Positions 28,201-43,200 of a stretch of 64,000 bases of DNA are shown here, in pieces. This DNA is from Candidatus Oxydemutator sp. (GTDB taxonomy: Bacteria; Pseudomonadota; Gammaproteobacteria; Poriferisulfidales; Oxydemutatoraceae), in assembly GCA_965203445.1 (NCBI GenBank), contig OZ241883.1, positions 544,001 to 608,000 of the forward strand. Direction: 5' to 3'. The notes beneath the pieces are model-generated. The model was not told where the DNA came from and ran no database searches. It saw only the letters and a list, made by a program, of their open reading frames with translations. Every line of letters starts with the position of its first letter. Position 1 is the stretch's first letter. Both the position numbers and the translations under genes were made by a program.

Positions 28201-31200
28201 GCGACGCGCCTGCACCGTGCCGGTAGAACCGCCGAACACCAGCACCGGGTAATCGAACACGCTGCCGAAATCCCACGGCGCGTCGTCGTTCAAGTTGCCG
28301 TCGCGTCCCCGATCCAAGCCGTCCACGTTCAACTGATCCCAACCGGCGTAGATCGTGCCCGCGGTCGTCGTCGGGACGCGCAACTCGCTCGATGTCTTCG
28401 AGGTGTCGTCCGGACTCGGCGCATTCGTTCCGCAGCAACGGCTCAGACCGCTGCGCTCGGCGTCAAAATAGCTCGACTCCACCACGGCGCCGACTACCCG
28501 GTTGCCTATCAAACCGCCGAGCGTGCCGCTTCCCGTCGTTGCCCCGACCGAGTAGCTGGCGCTGACCACCGACGCGCCACCGGCTTCGCCCGCCAGACCG
28601 CCCGCGTTGCTTCCCTCCGCATGCACCTCCACGTCGGCGTAACTCGCCACCAGCCCGCCGTAATGACCCCCTATCAAACCGCCCACCCCGGATGCGCCGG
28701 ATATGCGACCGCCACTGACGTAACTCGCCGCCACCTTGCCCTCGTTGCGACCCACCAGCGCACCGGTATAGGTGCTGCTGCGACCCAGGTCCACCCGCGC
28801 GTTGCGCAAGCCGACGTTGCGGATCGCGCCGGCGGCGCCGACGGCGCCGAACAAACCCACGTGATACCGCTGCCCGTCCCCGGTCATCGTCAGATTGCTG
28901 ATGACGTGGCCGTTGCCTTCAAAAACAGCGGTGTAATAGTCCACCGGAGATTCCACCCCCGAGCCCCCGCCTAGCGGCGTCCAGTCCGGGATGCCGGACA
29001 AGTCCAGGTCGGCCGACAACTCGTAGCCGGTGCACGTGCCGGGGCAGATCTGCTCCACGTCGAAAACGGGAAACGCCGCCAGATAAGCGGCCCTGTTCGC
29101 ATCGCCGCTCACGCCCGCCAACCCGACACCGCCCAGGTCGTAGCGGATCGCCGCCAACTGCGACGTCGTCGCCACCTCTATCAAGTTGTCGTCGTCAACG
29201 TCGTAGTCTTTCGCGCCGCTCACCTCGATGGTGGTCCTGACGGAAAGCGGCACGCCTAAACTCACGTGCGCGGGCGCCCCCGTGAGCCTCGCGCCCGTCA
29301 ACGTCACCACCAGCACCTCGGACAACTCGGGCTCGCCGTCCACGCGCACCCTCAACGAAAACGACGCGCTGACGGTGCCCGATTCGATGGCCACGCTGCT
29401 CGCAGTCACGCCGACAAAGTCGTCGGCGTCGACTTCGCCGCCGCCCACCGACCAATCCCAACGCGCACGCACCCCCGGCGGCAAGGCCTGCGGCAAGCGC
29501 ACCACGTAACTCGCGGTGCCGCCTTCCGACACCGTCTCGCTGCCGGCGAGCGTCGGGGCAAGACTCACCGCCGGCTGCGCCTCCCGCTGCGACGTGCGAC
29601 GCGCCGCCTCCGTGTCGGTAGCGCCGCCGAACACCAGCACCGGGTAATCGAACACGCTGCCGAAGTCCCACGGACTGTCGTCGTTCAAGTTGCCGTCGCG
29701 TCCCCGATCCTCGCCGTCCACGTCCAACTGGTCCCAACCGGCGTAGATTGTGCCCGCGGTCGTCGTCGGGACGCGCAACTCGCTCGACGTCTTCGAGGTG
29801 TCATCCGAACTCGGCGCATTCGTTCCGCAGCAACGGCTCAAGCCGCTGCGCTCGGCGTCAAAATAACTCGACTCCACCACGGCGCCGACTACCCGGTTCC
29901 CTATCAGACCGCCGGCCGTGGCCGTCCCCGTCGTTACCCCGACCGAGTAGCTGGCGCTGACCACCGACGCGCCGCCGGCTTCGCCCACCAGACCGCCCGC
30001 GTTGCTTTCCTCTGCATGCACCTCCACGTCGGCGTAACTCGCCACCAGCCCGCCGTAATGACCCCCTATCAAACCGCCCACTCCCGAGGCGCCGGATATG
30101 CGACCGCCGATCACGTAACTCGCCGCCACCTTGCCCTCGTTGCGGCCCACCAGCGCACCGGTATAGGTGCTGCTGTGGCCCAAGACCACCCGCGCGTTAC
30201 GCAAGCCCACGTTGCGGATGGTGCCGACGGCGCTGACGGCGCCGAACAAACCCACGTGATACCGCTGCCCGTCCCCGGTCACCCGCAGATTGCTTATGAC
30301 GCGGCCGTTGCCTTCAAAAACGGCAGTGTAATAATCCACCGGAGATTCCACCCCCGAGCCCCCGCCTATCGGCGTCCAATCCGCTATGCTGTCCAAGTCC
30401 AGGTCGCCCGACAACTCGTAGCCGGTGCACGTGCCGGGACAGGTCCGTTTCTCGTCGAAAAAGGGAAACGCCGCATAATAAGCGGCCCTGTTCGCACTGC
30501 TCACGCCCGCCGGCCCGACACCGCCCAGGTCGTAGCGGATCGCCGCCAACTGCGACGTCGTCTCCACATCTATCAAGGTGTCGCCGTCGCCGTTGTAGAT
30601 TGTTTCGTCGCTCGCCTCGATGATGGTCCTGACGGAAACCGGCATGCCCAGATCCACGCCGCGCGCGGGCGCCCCCGTGAGCCTCGCGCCCGTCAACGCC
30701 ACCACCAGCACCTCGGAAAACTCGGGCTCGTCGTCGTCGCGCACCCCCACCGAAAACGACGCGCTGACGGCGCCCGATTCGATGACCACGCTGCTCGCAG
30801 TCACGCTGACAAAGTCGTCGGCGTCGACTTCGCCGCCGCCCACCGACCAATCCCAGCTCGCACGCACCCCCGGCGGCAAGGCCTGCGGCAAACTCACCAC
30901 GTAACTCGCGGTGCCGCCTTCCGACACCGTCTCGCTGCCGGCGAGCGTCGGGGCAAGACTCACCGCCGGCTGCGCCTCCCGCTGCAACGTGCGACGCGCC
31001 TGCATCGTTTCGGTGGAGCCGCCGAACACCAGCACCGGATACTCGAACACGCTGCCGAAGTCCCACGGCGCGTCGTCGTTCAAGTCGCCGTCGCGTCCCC
31101 GATCCAAGCCGTCCACGTTCAACTGATCCCAACCCGCATAGATCGTGCCCGCGGCCGTCGTCGGGACGCGCAACTCGCTCGATGTCTTCGAGGTGTCATC

Positions 31201-34200
31201 CGAACTCGGCGCATTCGTTCCGCAGCAACGGCTCAAGCCGCTGCGCTCGGCGTCAAAATAACTCGACTCGACCACGGCGCCGACTACCCGGTTCCCTATC
31301 AGACCGCCGGCCGTGGCCGTCCCCGTCGTTACCCCGACCGAGTAACTGGCGCTGACCACCGACGCGCCGCCGGCTTCGCCCACCAGACCGCCCGCGTTGC
31401 TTTCCTCTGCATGCACCTCCACGTCGGCGTAACTCGCCACCAGACTGCCGTAATGACCCCCTATCAAACCGCCCACTCTCGAGGCGCCGGATACGCGACC
31501 GCCACTGACGTAACTTGCCGCTACTTTGCCCTCGTTGCGGCCCACCAGCGCACCGGTATAGGTGCTGCTGCGACCCAAGTCCACCCGCGCGTTGCGCAAA
31601 CCGACGTTGCGGATCGCGCCGTCGGCGCCGACGGCGCCGAACAAACCCACGTGATACCGCTGCCCGTCCCCGGTCACCCGCAAATTGCTGATGACGCGGC
31701 CGTTGCCTTCAAAAACGGCAGTGTAATAATCCACCGGATATTCCACCCCCGAGCCCCCGCCTATCGGCGTCCAATCCGCTATGCTGTCCAAGTCCAGGTC
31801 GGCAGACAACTCGTAGCCGGTGCACGTGCTGGGACAGGTCCGTTTCTCGTCGAAAAAGGGAAACGCCGCATAATAAGCGGCCCTGTTCGCACTGCTCACG
31901 CCCGCCAACCCGACACCGCCCAGGTCGTAGCGTATCGCCGCCAACTGCGACGTCGTCTCCACGTCTATCAAGGTATCGCCGTCGCCGTTGTAGATTGTTT
32001 CGTCGCTCGCCTCGATGATGGTCCTGACGGAAACCGGCATGCCCAGATCCACGCCGCGCGCGGGCGCCCCCGTGAGCCTCGCGCCCGTCAACGTCACCAC
32101 CAGCACCTCGGAAAACTCGGGCGCGTCGTCGTCGCGCACCCCCACCGAAAACGACGCGCTGACGGCGCCCGATTCGATGGCCACGCTGCTCGCGGTCACG
32201 CCGACAAAGTCGGCGGCGTCGACTTCGCCGCCGCCCACCGACCAATCCCAACGCGCACGCACCCCCGGCGGCAAGGCCTGCGGCAAGCGCACCACGTAAC
32301 TCGCGGTGCCGCCTTCCGACACCGTCTCGCTGCCGGCGAGCGTCGGGGCAAGACTCACCGCCGGCTGCGCCTCCCGCTGCAACGTGCGACGCGCCACCTC
32401 CGTGTCGGTAGCGCCGCCGAACACCAGCACCGGGTAATCGAACACGCTGCCGAAGTCCCACGGCGCGTCGTCGTTCAAGTCGCCGTCGCGTCCCCGATCC
32501 ACGCCGTCCACGTCCAACTGGTCCCAACCGGCGTAGATCGTGCCCGCGGTCGTCGTCGGGACGCGCAACTCGCTCGACGTCTTCGAGGTGTCGTCCGGAC
32601 TCGGCGCATTCGTTCCGCAGCAACGGCTCAGACCGCTGCGCTCGGCGTCAAAATAACTCGACTCGACCACGGCGCCGACTACCCGGTTGCCTATCAGACC
32701 GCCGGCCGTGGCCGTCCCCGTCGTTACCCCGACCGAGTAGCTGGCGCTGACCACCGACGCGCCACCGGCTTCGCCCACCAGACCGCCCGCGTTGCTTCCC
32801 TCCGCATGCACCTCCACGTCGGCGTAACTCGCCACCAGCCTGCCGTAATGACCCCCTATCAAACCGCCCACTCTCGAGGCGCCGGATACGCGACCGCCAC
32901 TCACGTAACTCGCCGCCACCTTGCCCTCGTTGCGGCCCACCAGCGCACCGGTATAGGTGCTGCTGCGGCCCAAGTTCATCCGCGCGTTGCGCAAGCCCAC
33001 GTTGCGGATCACGCCGGCGGCGCCGACGGCGCCGAACAAACCCACGTGATACCACGACCCGCTCCTGGTCACCCGCAAATTGCTGATGACGTGGCCGTTG
33101 CCTTCAAAAATGGCGCTGTACGCATCCCCCGGAAGGTCTTGAAGCCCGACCCCCCCGCCTAACGGCGTCCAGTCCGGGATGCCGGACAAGTCCAGATCGT
33201 TGGACAACTCGTAGCCGGTGCACGTGCTCGGACAGGTCCGTTTCTCGTCGAAAAAGGGAAACGCCGCATAATAAGCGGATTTGTTAGTCTTGCTCACGCC
33301 CGCCGGCCCGACACCGCCCAGGTCGTAGCGTATCGCCGCCAACTGCGACGTCGTCTCCACGTCTATCAAGGTGTCGCCGTCGCCGTTGTAGATTGTTTCG
33401 TCGCTCGCCTCGATGATGGTCCTGACGGAAACCGGCATGCCCAGATCCACGCCACGCGCGGGCGCCCCCGTGAGCCTCGCGCCCGTCAACGTCACCACCA
33501 GCACCTCGGAAAACTCGGGCGCGTCGTCATCAAACACCCCCACCGAAAACGACGCGCTGACGGCGCCCGATTCGATGACCACGCTGCTCGCAGTCACGCC
33601 GACAAAGTCGGCGGCGTCGGCTTCGCCGCCGCCCACCGACCAATCCCAGCTCGCACGCACCCCCGGCGGCAAGGCCTGCGGCAAGCGCACCACGTAACTC
33701 GCGGTGCCGCCTTCCGACACCGTCTCGCTGCCGGCGAGCGTCGGGGCAAGACTCACCGCCGGCTGCGCCTCCCGCTGCGACGTGCGACGCGCCTGCACCG
33801 TTTCGGTGGAGCCGCCGAACACCAGCACCGGGTAATCGAACACGCTGCCGAAGTCCCACGGACTGTCGTCGTTCAAGTCCCCGTTGTCACCCTGATCCAA
33901 GCCGTCCACGTTCAACTGATCCCAACCCGCATAGATCGTGCCCGCGGTCGTCGTCGGGACGCGCAATTCGCTCGACGTCTTCGAGGTGTCGTCCGGACTC
34001 GGCGCATTCGTTCCGCAGCAACGGCTCAAGCCGCTGCGCTCGGCGTCAAAATAACTCGACTCGACCACGGCGCCGGCAACCCGGTTGCCTATCAGACCGC
34101 CGGCCGTGGCCGTCCCCGTCGTTACCCCGACCGAGTAGCTGGCGCTGACCACCGACGCGCCACCGGCTTCGCCCACCAGACCGCCCGCGTTGCTTTCCTC

Positions 34201-37200
34201 CGCATGCACCTCCACGTCGGCGTAACTCGCCACCAGCCTGCCGTAATGACCCCCTATCAAACCGCCCACCCCCGAGGCGCCGGATATGCGACCGCCACTC
34301 ACGTAACTCGCCGCCACCTTGCCCTCGTTGCGGCCCACCAGCGCACCGGTATAGGTGCTGCTGCGACCCAAGACCACCCGCGCGTTGCGCAAGCCCACGT
34401 TGCGGATCACGCCGGCGGCGCCGACGGCGCCGAACAAACCCACGTGATACCACGACCCGCTCCTGGTCACCCGCAAATTGCTGATGACGTGGCCGTTGCC
34501 TTCAAAAATGGCGCTGTACGCATCCCCCGGAAGGTCTTGAAGCCCGACCCCCCCGCCTAACGGCGTCCAGTCCGGGATGCCGGACAAGTCCAGATCGTTG
34601 GACAACTCGTAGCCGGTGCACGTGCTCGGACAGGTCCGTTTCTCGTCGAAAAAGGGAAACGCCGCATAATAAGCGGATTTGTTAGTCTTGCTCACGCCCG
34701 CCGGCCCGACACCGCCCAGGTCGTAGCGGATCGCCGCCAACTGCGACGTCGTCTCCACGTCTATCAAGGTATCGCCGTCGCCGTTGTAGATTGTTTCGTC
34801 GCTCGCCTCGATGATGGTCCTGACGGAAAGCGGCACGCCTAAACTCACGTGCGCGGGCGCCCCCGTGAGCCTCGCGCCCGTCAACGTCACCACCAACACC
34901 TCGGACAACTCGGGCATGCCGTCGTCGCGCACCCTCAACGAAAACGACGCGCTGACGGCGCCCGAGACGATGACCACGTTGCCTGCGGTCGTGCCGACAA
35001 AGTCGTCGGCGTCGACTTCGCCGCCGCCCACCGACCAATCCCAACGCGCACGCACCCCCGGCGGCAAGGCCTGCGGCAAGCGCACCACGTAACTCGCGGT
35101 GCCGCCTTCCGACACCGTCTCGCTGCCGGTGAGCGTCGGGGCAAGACTCACCGCCGGCTGCGCCTCCCGCTGCGACGTGCGACGCGCCGCCTCCGTGTCG
35201 GTAGCGCCGCCGAACACCAATACCGGGTAATCAAACACGCTGCCGAAGTCCCACGGACTGTCGTCGTTCAAGTTGCCGTCGCGTCCCCGATCCAAGCCGT
35301 CCACGTTCAACTGATCCCAACCCGCATAGATCGTGCCCGCGGTCGTCGTCGGGACGCGCAATTCGCTCGACGTCTTCGAGGTGTCGTCCGGACTCGGCGC
35401 ATTCGTTCCGCAGCAACGGCTCAAGCCGCTGCGCTCGGCGTCAAAATAACTCGACTCCACCACGGCGCCGACTACCCGGTTGCCTATCAGACCGCCGGCC
35501 GTGGTCGTCCCCGTCGTTACCCCGACCGAGTAGCTGGCGCTGACCACCGACGCGGCGCCGGCTTCGCCCACCAGACCACCCGCGTTGCTTTCCTCCGCAT
35601 GCACCTCCACGTCGGCGTAACTCGCCACCAGCCCGCCGTAATGACCCCCTATCAAACCGCCCACTCTCGAGGCGCCGGATACGCGACCGCCGATCACGTA
35701 ACTCGCCGCCACCTTGCCCTCGTTGCGGCCCACCAGCGCACCGGTATAGGTGCTGCTGCGACCCAAGACCACCCGCGCGTTGCGCAAGCCCACGTTGCGG
35801 ATCACGCCGCCGGCGCCGACGGCGCCGAACAAACCCACGTGATACCGCTGCCCGTCCCCGGTCATCGTCAGATTGCTGACGACGCGGCCGTTGCCTTCAA
35901 AAACCGCAGTGTAATAATCCACCGGAGCTTCCACCCCCGAGCCCCCGCCTATCGGCGTCCAGTCGGGGATGCCAGACAAGTCCAGGTCGGCCGACAACTC
36001 GTAGCCGGTGCACGTGCTCGGACAGGTCCGTTTCTCGTCGAAAAAGGGAAACGCCGCATAATAAGCGGCCTTGTTCGCACTGCTCACGCCCGCCGGCCCG
36101 ACACCGCCCAGGTCGTAGCGTATCGCCGCCAACTGCGACGTCGTCTCCACGTCTATCAAGGTATCGCCGTCGCCGTTGTAGATTGTTTCGTCGCTCGCCT
36201 CGATCGTGGTCCTGACGGAAAGCGGCACGCCTAAACTCACGCGCGCGGGCGCCCCCGTGAGCCTCGCGCCCGTCAACGTCACCACCAGCACCTCGGAAAA
36301 CTCGGGCGCGTCGTCGTCGCGCACCGCCACCGAAAACGACGCGCTGACGGCGCCCGAGACGATGGCCACGTTGCCCGTGGTCGCGCCGATAAAGTCGTCG
36401 GCGTCGACTTCGCCGCCGCCCACCGACCAATCCCAATGCGCACGCACCCCCGGCGGCAAGGCCTGCGGCAAGCGCACCACGTAACTCGCGGTGCCGCCTT
36501 CCGACACCGTCTCGCTGCCGGTGAGCGTCGGGGCAAGACTCACCGCCGGCTGCGCCTCCCGCTGCGACGTGCGACGCGCCGCCTCCGTGTCGGTAGCGCC
36601 GCCGAACACCAATACCGGGTAATCAAACACGCTGCCGAAGTCCCACGGACTGTCGTCGTTCAAGTTGCCGTCGCGTCCCCGATCCAAGCCGTCCACGTTC
36701 AACTGATCCCAACCCGCATAGATCGTGCCCGCGGTCGTCGTCGGGACGCGCAACTCGCTCGACGTCCTCGGGGCAACGTTGTCCGTATCACCCGGCTCCG
36801 TTCCGCAGCAACTGGCCTGGAGGCTGCGCCCCGTGTCAAAATAACTGGACTCCACCACGGCGCCGGCTAGCCTCTGCCCTATCAGGCCGCCGGCCGTAGC
36901 CCCCGTCGGTTCCCCGACGGAGTAACTGGCGCTGACCACCGACGCGCCGCCGGCCTCGCCCACCAGACCGCCCACGTTGGCCCCCCCTGCATGCACTTCC
37001 ACGTCGGCGTAACTCGCCACCAACCTGCCGAAGTTACCCCCTATCAAGCCACCCACCGCCCATACGCCGGATATGCGACCGCCACTGACGTAACTCGCCG
37101 CCACTTTGCCCTCGTTGCGACCCACCAGCGCTCCTATATAAGTACTATGATTACCCAGGGACACCCGCGCGTCGCGCAAGCCCACGTTGCGAATCACGCC

Positions 37201-40200
37201 GACGGCGCTCACGGCGCCGAACAAACCCGCGTGAGACAACCGTCCATCCCTGGTCATCCGCATATTGCTGATGACGTGGCCGTTGCCTTCAAAAACAGCG
37301 GTGTAATAATCCTCATCCAGAAGGGGGCTAACCCCCCCGCCCAGCGGCGTCCAGCCCGGGCCCGGGGCCGGTTCCACGCTGGACAAGTCCAGGTCGGCCG
37401 ACAACTCGTAGCCGGTGCACGTGGTAGGGCAGGTCTGCTCCACGTCGAAAACGGGAAACGCATCCAGATAAGCGTCCCTGTTCGCATCGCCGCTCACGCC
37501 CGCCAACCCGACACCGTCCAGGTCATAGCGGATCATCGCCAACTGCGACGTCGTCGCCACCTCTATCAAGGTGTCATTGTCAAGATCGTAGTCTATCTCG
37601 CCGCTCCCCTCGATGGTGGTCCTGACGGAAACCGGCACGCCTACACTCACGTGCGCGGGTGCCCCCGTGAGCCTTGCGCCCGTCAACGTTACCACCAGCA
37701 CCTCGGAAAACTCGAGCTCGCCGTCCACGCGCACCCTCAACGAAAACGACGCACTGACGGCGCCCGAGACGATGACCACGGTGCCCGTGATCGCGTCGAC
37801 AAAGTCGTCGGCGTCGACTTCGCCGCCGCCCACCGACCAATCCCAGCTCGCACGCACCCCCGGCGGCAAGGCCTGCGGCAAGCGCACCACGTAACTCGCG
37901 GTGCCGCCTTCCGACACCGTCTCGCTGCCGGCGAGCGTCGGTGCAAGACTCACCGCCGGCTGCGCCTCCCGCTGCAACGTGCGACGCGCCGCCTCCGTGT
38001 CGGTAGCACCGCCGAACACCAGCACCGGGTAATCGAACACGCTGCCGAAGTCCCACGGCGCGTCGTCGTTCAAGTCGCCGTCGCGTCCCCGATCCAAGCC
38101 GTCCACGTTCAACTGATCCCAACCCGCATAGATCGTGCCCGCGGTCGTCGTCGGGACGCGCAACTCGCTCGACGTCTTCGAGGTGTCGTCCGGACTCGGC
38201 GCATTCGTTCCGCAGCAACGGCTCAAGCCGCTGCGCTCGGCGTCAAAATAACTCGACTCCACCACGGCGCCGACCACCCGGTTCCCTATCAAACCGCCGA
38301 CCGTGCCGCTCCCCGTCGTTGCCCCGACCGAGTAGCTGGCGCTGACCACCGACGCGCCGCCGGCTTCGCCCACCAGACCGCCCGCGTTGCTTCCCTCCGC
38401 ATGCACCTCCACGTCGGCGTAACTCGCCACCAGCCCGCCGTAATGACCCCCTATCAAACCACCCACTCTCGAGGCGCCGGATATGCGACCGCCACTCACG
38501 TAACTCGCCGCCACCGTGCCCTCGTTGCGGCCCACCAGCGCACCGGTATAGGTGCTGCTGCGACCCAAGACCACCCGCGCGTTACGCAAGCCCACGTTGC
38601 GGATCGCGCCGTCGGCGCCGACGGCACCAAACAAACCCACGTGATACCGCTGCCCGTCCCCGGTCATCGTCAGATTGCTGACGACGCGGCCGTTGCCTTC
38701 AAAAACGGCGGTGTAAGAATCCACCGGATATTCCACCCCCGAGCCCCCGCCTATCGGCGTCCAGTCGGGGATGCCAGACAAGTCCAGGTCGGCCGACAAC
38801 TCGTAGCCGGTGCACGTGCCGGGGCAGATCTGCTCCACGTCGAAAACGGGAAACGCCGCCAGATAAGCGGCCCTGTTCGCATCGCCGCTCACGCCCGCCA
38901 ACCCGACACCGCCCAGGTCGTAGCGGATCGCCGCCAACTGCGACGTCGTCGCCACCTCTATCAAGTTGTCGTCGTCAACGTCGTAGTCTTTCGCGCCGCT
39001 CGCCTCGATCGTGGTCCTGACGGAAAGCGGCACGCCTAAACTCACGTGCGCGGGCGCCCCCGTGAGCCTCGCGCCCGTCAACGTCACCACCAGCACCTCG
39101 GACAACTCGGGCTCGTCGTCCACGCGCACCCTCAACGAAAACGACGCGCTGACGGCGCCCGATTCGATGGCCACGCTGCTCGCAGTCACGCCGACAAAGT
39201 CGTCGGCGTCGACTTCGCCGCCGCCCACCGACCAATCCCAACGCGCACGCACCCCCGGCGGCAAGGCCTGCGGCAAGCGCACCACGTAACTCGCGGTGCC
39301 GCCTTCCGACACCGTCTCGCTGCCGGCGAGCGTCGGGGCAAGACTCACCGCCGGCTGCGCCTCCCGCTGCGACGTGCGACGCGCCTGCACCGTTTCGGTG
39401 GAGCCGCCGAACACCAGCACCGGGTAATCGAACACGCTGCCGAAGTCCCACGGCGCGTCGTCGTTCAAGTTGCCGTCGCCTATCCGATCCAAGCCGTCCA
39501 CGTTCAACTGATCCCAACCGGCGTAGATCGTGCCCGCGGTCGTCGTCGGAACGCGCAACTGAGAGGAAGTCCTGGGCGCGGTATCCGTAGTCGGCACGTT
39601 CGTTCCGCAGCAACGGCTCAGACCGCTGCGCTCGGCGTCAAAATAACTCGACTCCACCACGGCGCCGACTACCCGGTTGCCTATCAGACCGCCGGCCGTG
39701 GCCGTCCCCGTCGTTACCCCGACCGAGTAGCTGGCGCTGACCACCGACGCGCCGCCGGCTTCGCCCGCCAGACCGCCCGCGTTGCTTCCCTCCGCATGCA
39801 CCTCCACGTCGGCGTAACTCGCAACCAACCGGCCGTAATGACCCCCTATCAAACCGCCCACCCCCGAGGCGCCGGATATGCGACCGCCGATCACGTAACT
39901 CGCCGCCACCTTGCCCTCGTTGCGGCCCACCAGCGCACCGGTATAGGTGCTGCTGCGACCCAAGTCCACCCGCGCGTTGCGCAAGCCCACGTTGCGGATC
40001 ACGCCGGCGGCGCCGACGGCGCCGAACAAACCCACGTGATACCGCTGCCCGTCCGTGGCCACCCGCAAATTGCTGATGACGTGGCCGTTGCCCTCGAAAA
40101 CAGCGGTGTAAGCATCCCCCGGAAGGTCTTGAAGCCCGACCCCCCCGCCTATCGGCGTCCAATCCGCTACGTCGGACAAGTCCAGGTCGCCCGACAACTC

Positions 40201-43200
40201 GTAGCCAGTGCACGTGCTCGGACAGGTCCGTTTCTCGTCGAAAAAGGGAAACGCCGCATAATAAGCGGCCCTGTTCGCATCGCTCACGCCCGCCAACCCG
40301 ACACCGCCCAGGTCGTAGCGGATCGCCGCCAACCGCGACGTCGTCGCCACGTCTATCAAACCGTCGTTGTCGTCGTCGTAATCTATCTCGTCGCTCGCCT
40401 CGATGATGGTCCTGACGGAAACCGGCGCGCCCAGATCCACGCCACGCGCGGGCGCCCCCGTGAGCCGCGCGCCCGTCAGCGTCACCACTATGACCTCGGA
40501 CAACTCGGGCTCGTCGTCGTCGCGCACCTCCACCGAAAACGACGCGCTGACGGCGCCCGATTCGATGGCCACGGTGCTTGCGGTCACGCCGACAAAGTCG
40601 GCGGCGTCGACGTCGCCGCCGCCCACCGACCAATCCCAACTCACGGTCACCCCCGCAGGCAAGGCCTGCGGCAGGCGCACTACGTAACTCGCGCTCTCGC
40701 CTTCCGACACCGTCGCGCTGCCGGTGAGCGTCGCCGCAAGACTTGCCTTCGGCTGCGCCTCCCGCTGCAACGTGCGACGCGCCGACTCCGTGTCGGTAGC
40801 GCCACCGAACACCAATACCGGATAATCGAACACGCTGCCGAAGTCCCACGGACTGTCGTCGTTCAAATCGTCGTCGCGTCCCTGATCCACGCCGTCCACG
40901 TTCAACTGGTCCCAACCGGCGTAGATGGTGCCCGTGGCCGTCGTCGGGGCGCGCAACTGGCTCGACGTCTTCGAGGTGTTGTCCGGATCCGGCGCCCCGA
41001 ATCCGCAGCAAGCGCTCTGGCCGCTGCGCTCGGCGTCATAATAACTGGACCACACCACGGTGCCGGCGGCTATATTCCCTATCAAGCCGCCACTCGGTAA
41101 CCCCCCCGTCGTTCTCCCGACCGAGTAGCTGGCGCTCACCACCGACGCGAAATCGGTTGCGCCTACCAGACCGCCCGCGTTACTTGCACTTGCACGCACT
41201 TCCACGTCGGCGTAACTCGCCACCAGACTGCCGTAATGACCCCCTATCAAACCGCCTATGTACAATGCGCCGGATATGCGACCGCCGCTGACGTAACTCG
41301 CCGCCACCGCGCCCTCGTTGGTTCCCACCAGCGCACCTACGTGCTCGCTATTCCCACCCAGGGACACCCGCGCGTTATGCAAACCCACGTTGCGGATCCT
41401 GCCGTCGGCACCCACGGCACCGAACAAACCCATGTAAAACCACTGTCCACTCCTGTTCATCCGCAAATTGCTGATGACGTGGCCGTTGCCTTCAAAAACG
41501 GCGGTGTAATAATCCACCGAATAGTTGTTATCCGGGATGCCCCCGCCTAGCGGCGTCCAGCCCGCGCCCGGGGCCGGCTCCACACTGGACAGGTCCAGGT
41601 CGGCCGCCAACTCGTAGCCGGTGCACGTTCTCGGACAGGTCTGCTTCTCGTCGAAAACGGGAAACGCCGCGAAATAAGCAAGTCTGTTCGCCTTGCCCAC
41701 CACGCCCGCTATCCCGGCACCGCCCAGGTCATAGCGGATCGCCGCCAACTGCGACGTCGTCGCCACGTCTATCAAGGTGTCGTTGTCGTCGTCGTAGTCG
41801 GTGCCGTCGCTTAACTCGATGATGGTCATCACGGAAGCCGGCACGCCTAAGCGCACGTACTGCGGCGCCCCCGTGAGCCGCGCGCTTGCCAACGCGACCA
41901 CCAGTACCTCGGACAACTCGGGCTCGTCGTCGTCGCGCACCCGCAACGAAAACGACGCGCTGACGGCGCCCGAGACGATGGCCACGCTGCCCGCGGTCAC
42001 GCCGACAAAGTCGGCGGCGTCGACTTCGCCGCCCACCGACCAATCCCAACTCGCGGTCGTCTCCAGCGGCAAAGCCCCCGGCAAACTCACCACGTACGTC
42101 GCGGTGCCACCTTCCGACACCGTCGCGCTCCCGGCAAGCGTCGGCGCAAAACTCACCGCCGGCTGCGCCTCCCGCTGCGACGCGCGACGCATCGCCATAG
42201 TCTCGGTGGCGCCGCCGAACACCAACACCGGGTAATCGAACACGCTGCCGAAGTCCCACGGCGCGTCGTCGTTATAGTTGCCGTCGCGTCTCCGATCCAC
42301 GTTGTCCACGTTCAACTTGTCCCAACCCGCATAAATCGTGCCCGTCGCCGTCGTCGGGACGCGCAACTGAGAGGAAGTCCTGGGCGCAGTGTCCGTGGTC
42401 GGCACGTTCGTTCCACAGCAACGGCTCAGGCCGCTGCGCTCGGAGTCAAAATAACTGGACTCCAGCGCGGCGGCAGCGTGCTTCCTCCCTATCAAACCGC
42501 CGACCGTGCTCGTCCCCGTCGTTACCCCGACCGAGTAGCTGGCGTTGACCACCGACGCGCCGCCGGCTTCGCCTACCAGACCGCCCGCGTTGCTTCCCTC
42601 TGCATGCACCTCCACGTCGGCGTAACTCGCCACCAAACTGCCGTAATGACCCCCTATCAAACCACCCACTCTCGAGGCGCCGGATATGCGACCGCCTATC
42701 ACGTAACTCGCCGCCACCTTGCCCTCGTTGCGGCCCACCAACGCACCGGTATAGGTGCTGCTGCGACCCAAGGCCCCTAAGGCCACCCGCGCGTTGCGCA
42801 AGCCCACGTTGCGGATCACGCCGTCGGCGCCGACGGCGCCGAACAAACCCACGTGATACCACTGCCCGTCCCCGGTCATCGTCAGATTGCTGATGACGTG
42901 GCCGTTGCCTTCAAAAACCGCGGTGTAAGAATCCGGCGGAGATTCCACCCCCGAGCCCCCGCCTATCGGCGTCCAGTCCGGGATGCCGGACAAGTCCAGG
43001 TCGCCCGACAACTCGTAGCCGGTGCACGTGCTGGGACAGGTCCGTTTCTCGTCGAAAAAGGGAAACGCCGCATAATAAGCGGCCCTGTTCGCGTCGCTCA
43101 CGCCCGCCGGCCCGACACCGCCCAGGTCGTAGCGGATCGCCGCCAACCGCGACGTCGTCGCCACGTCTATCAAGGTGTCGTTGTCGTCGTTGTAGTCGCT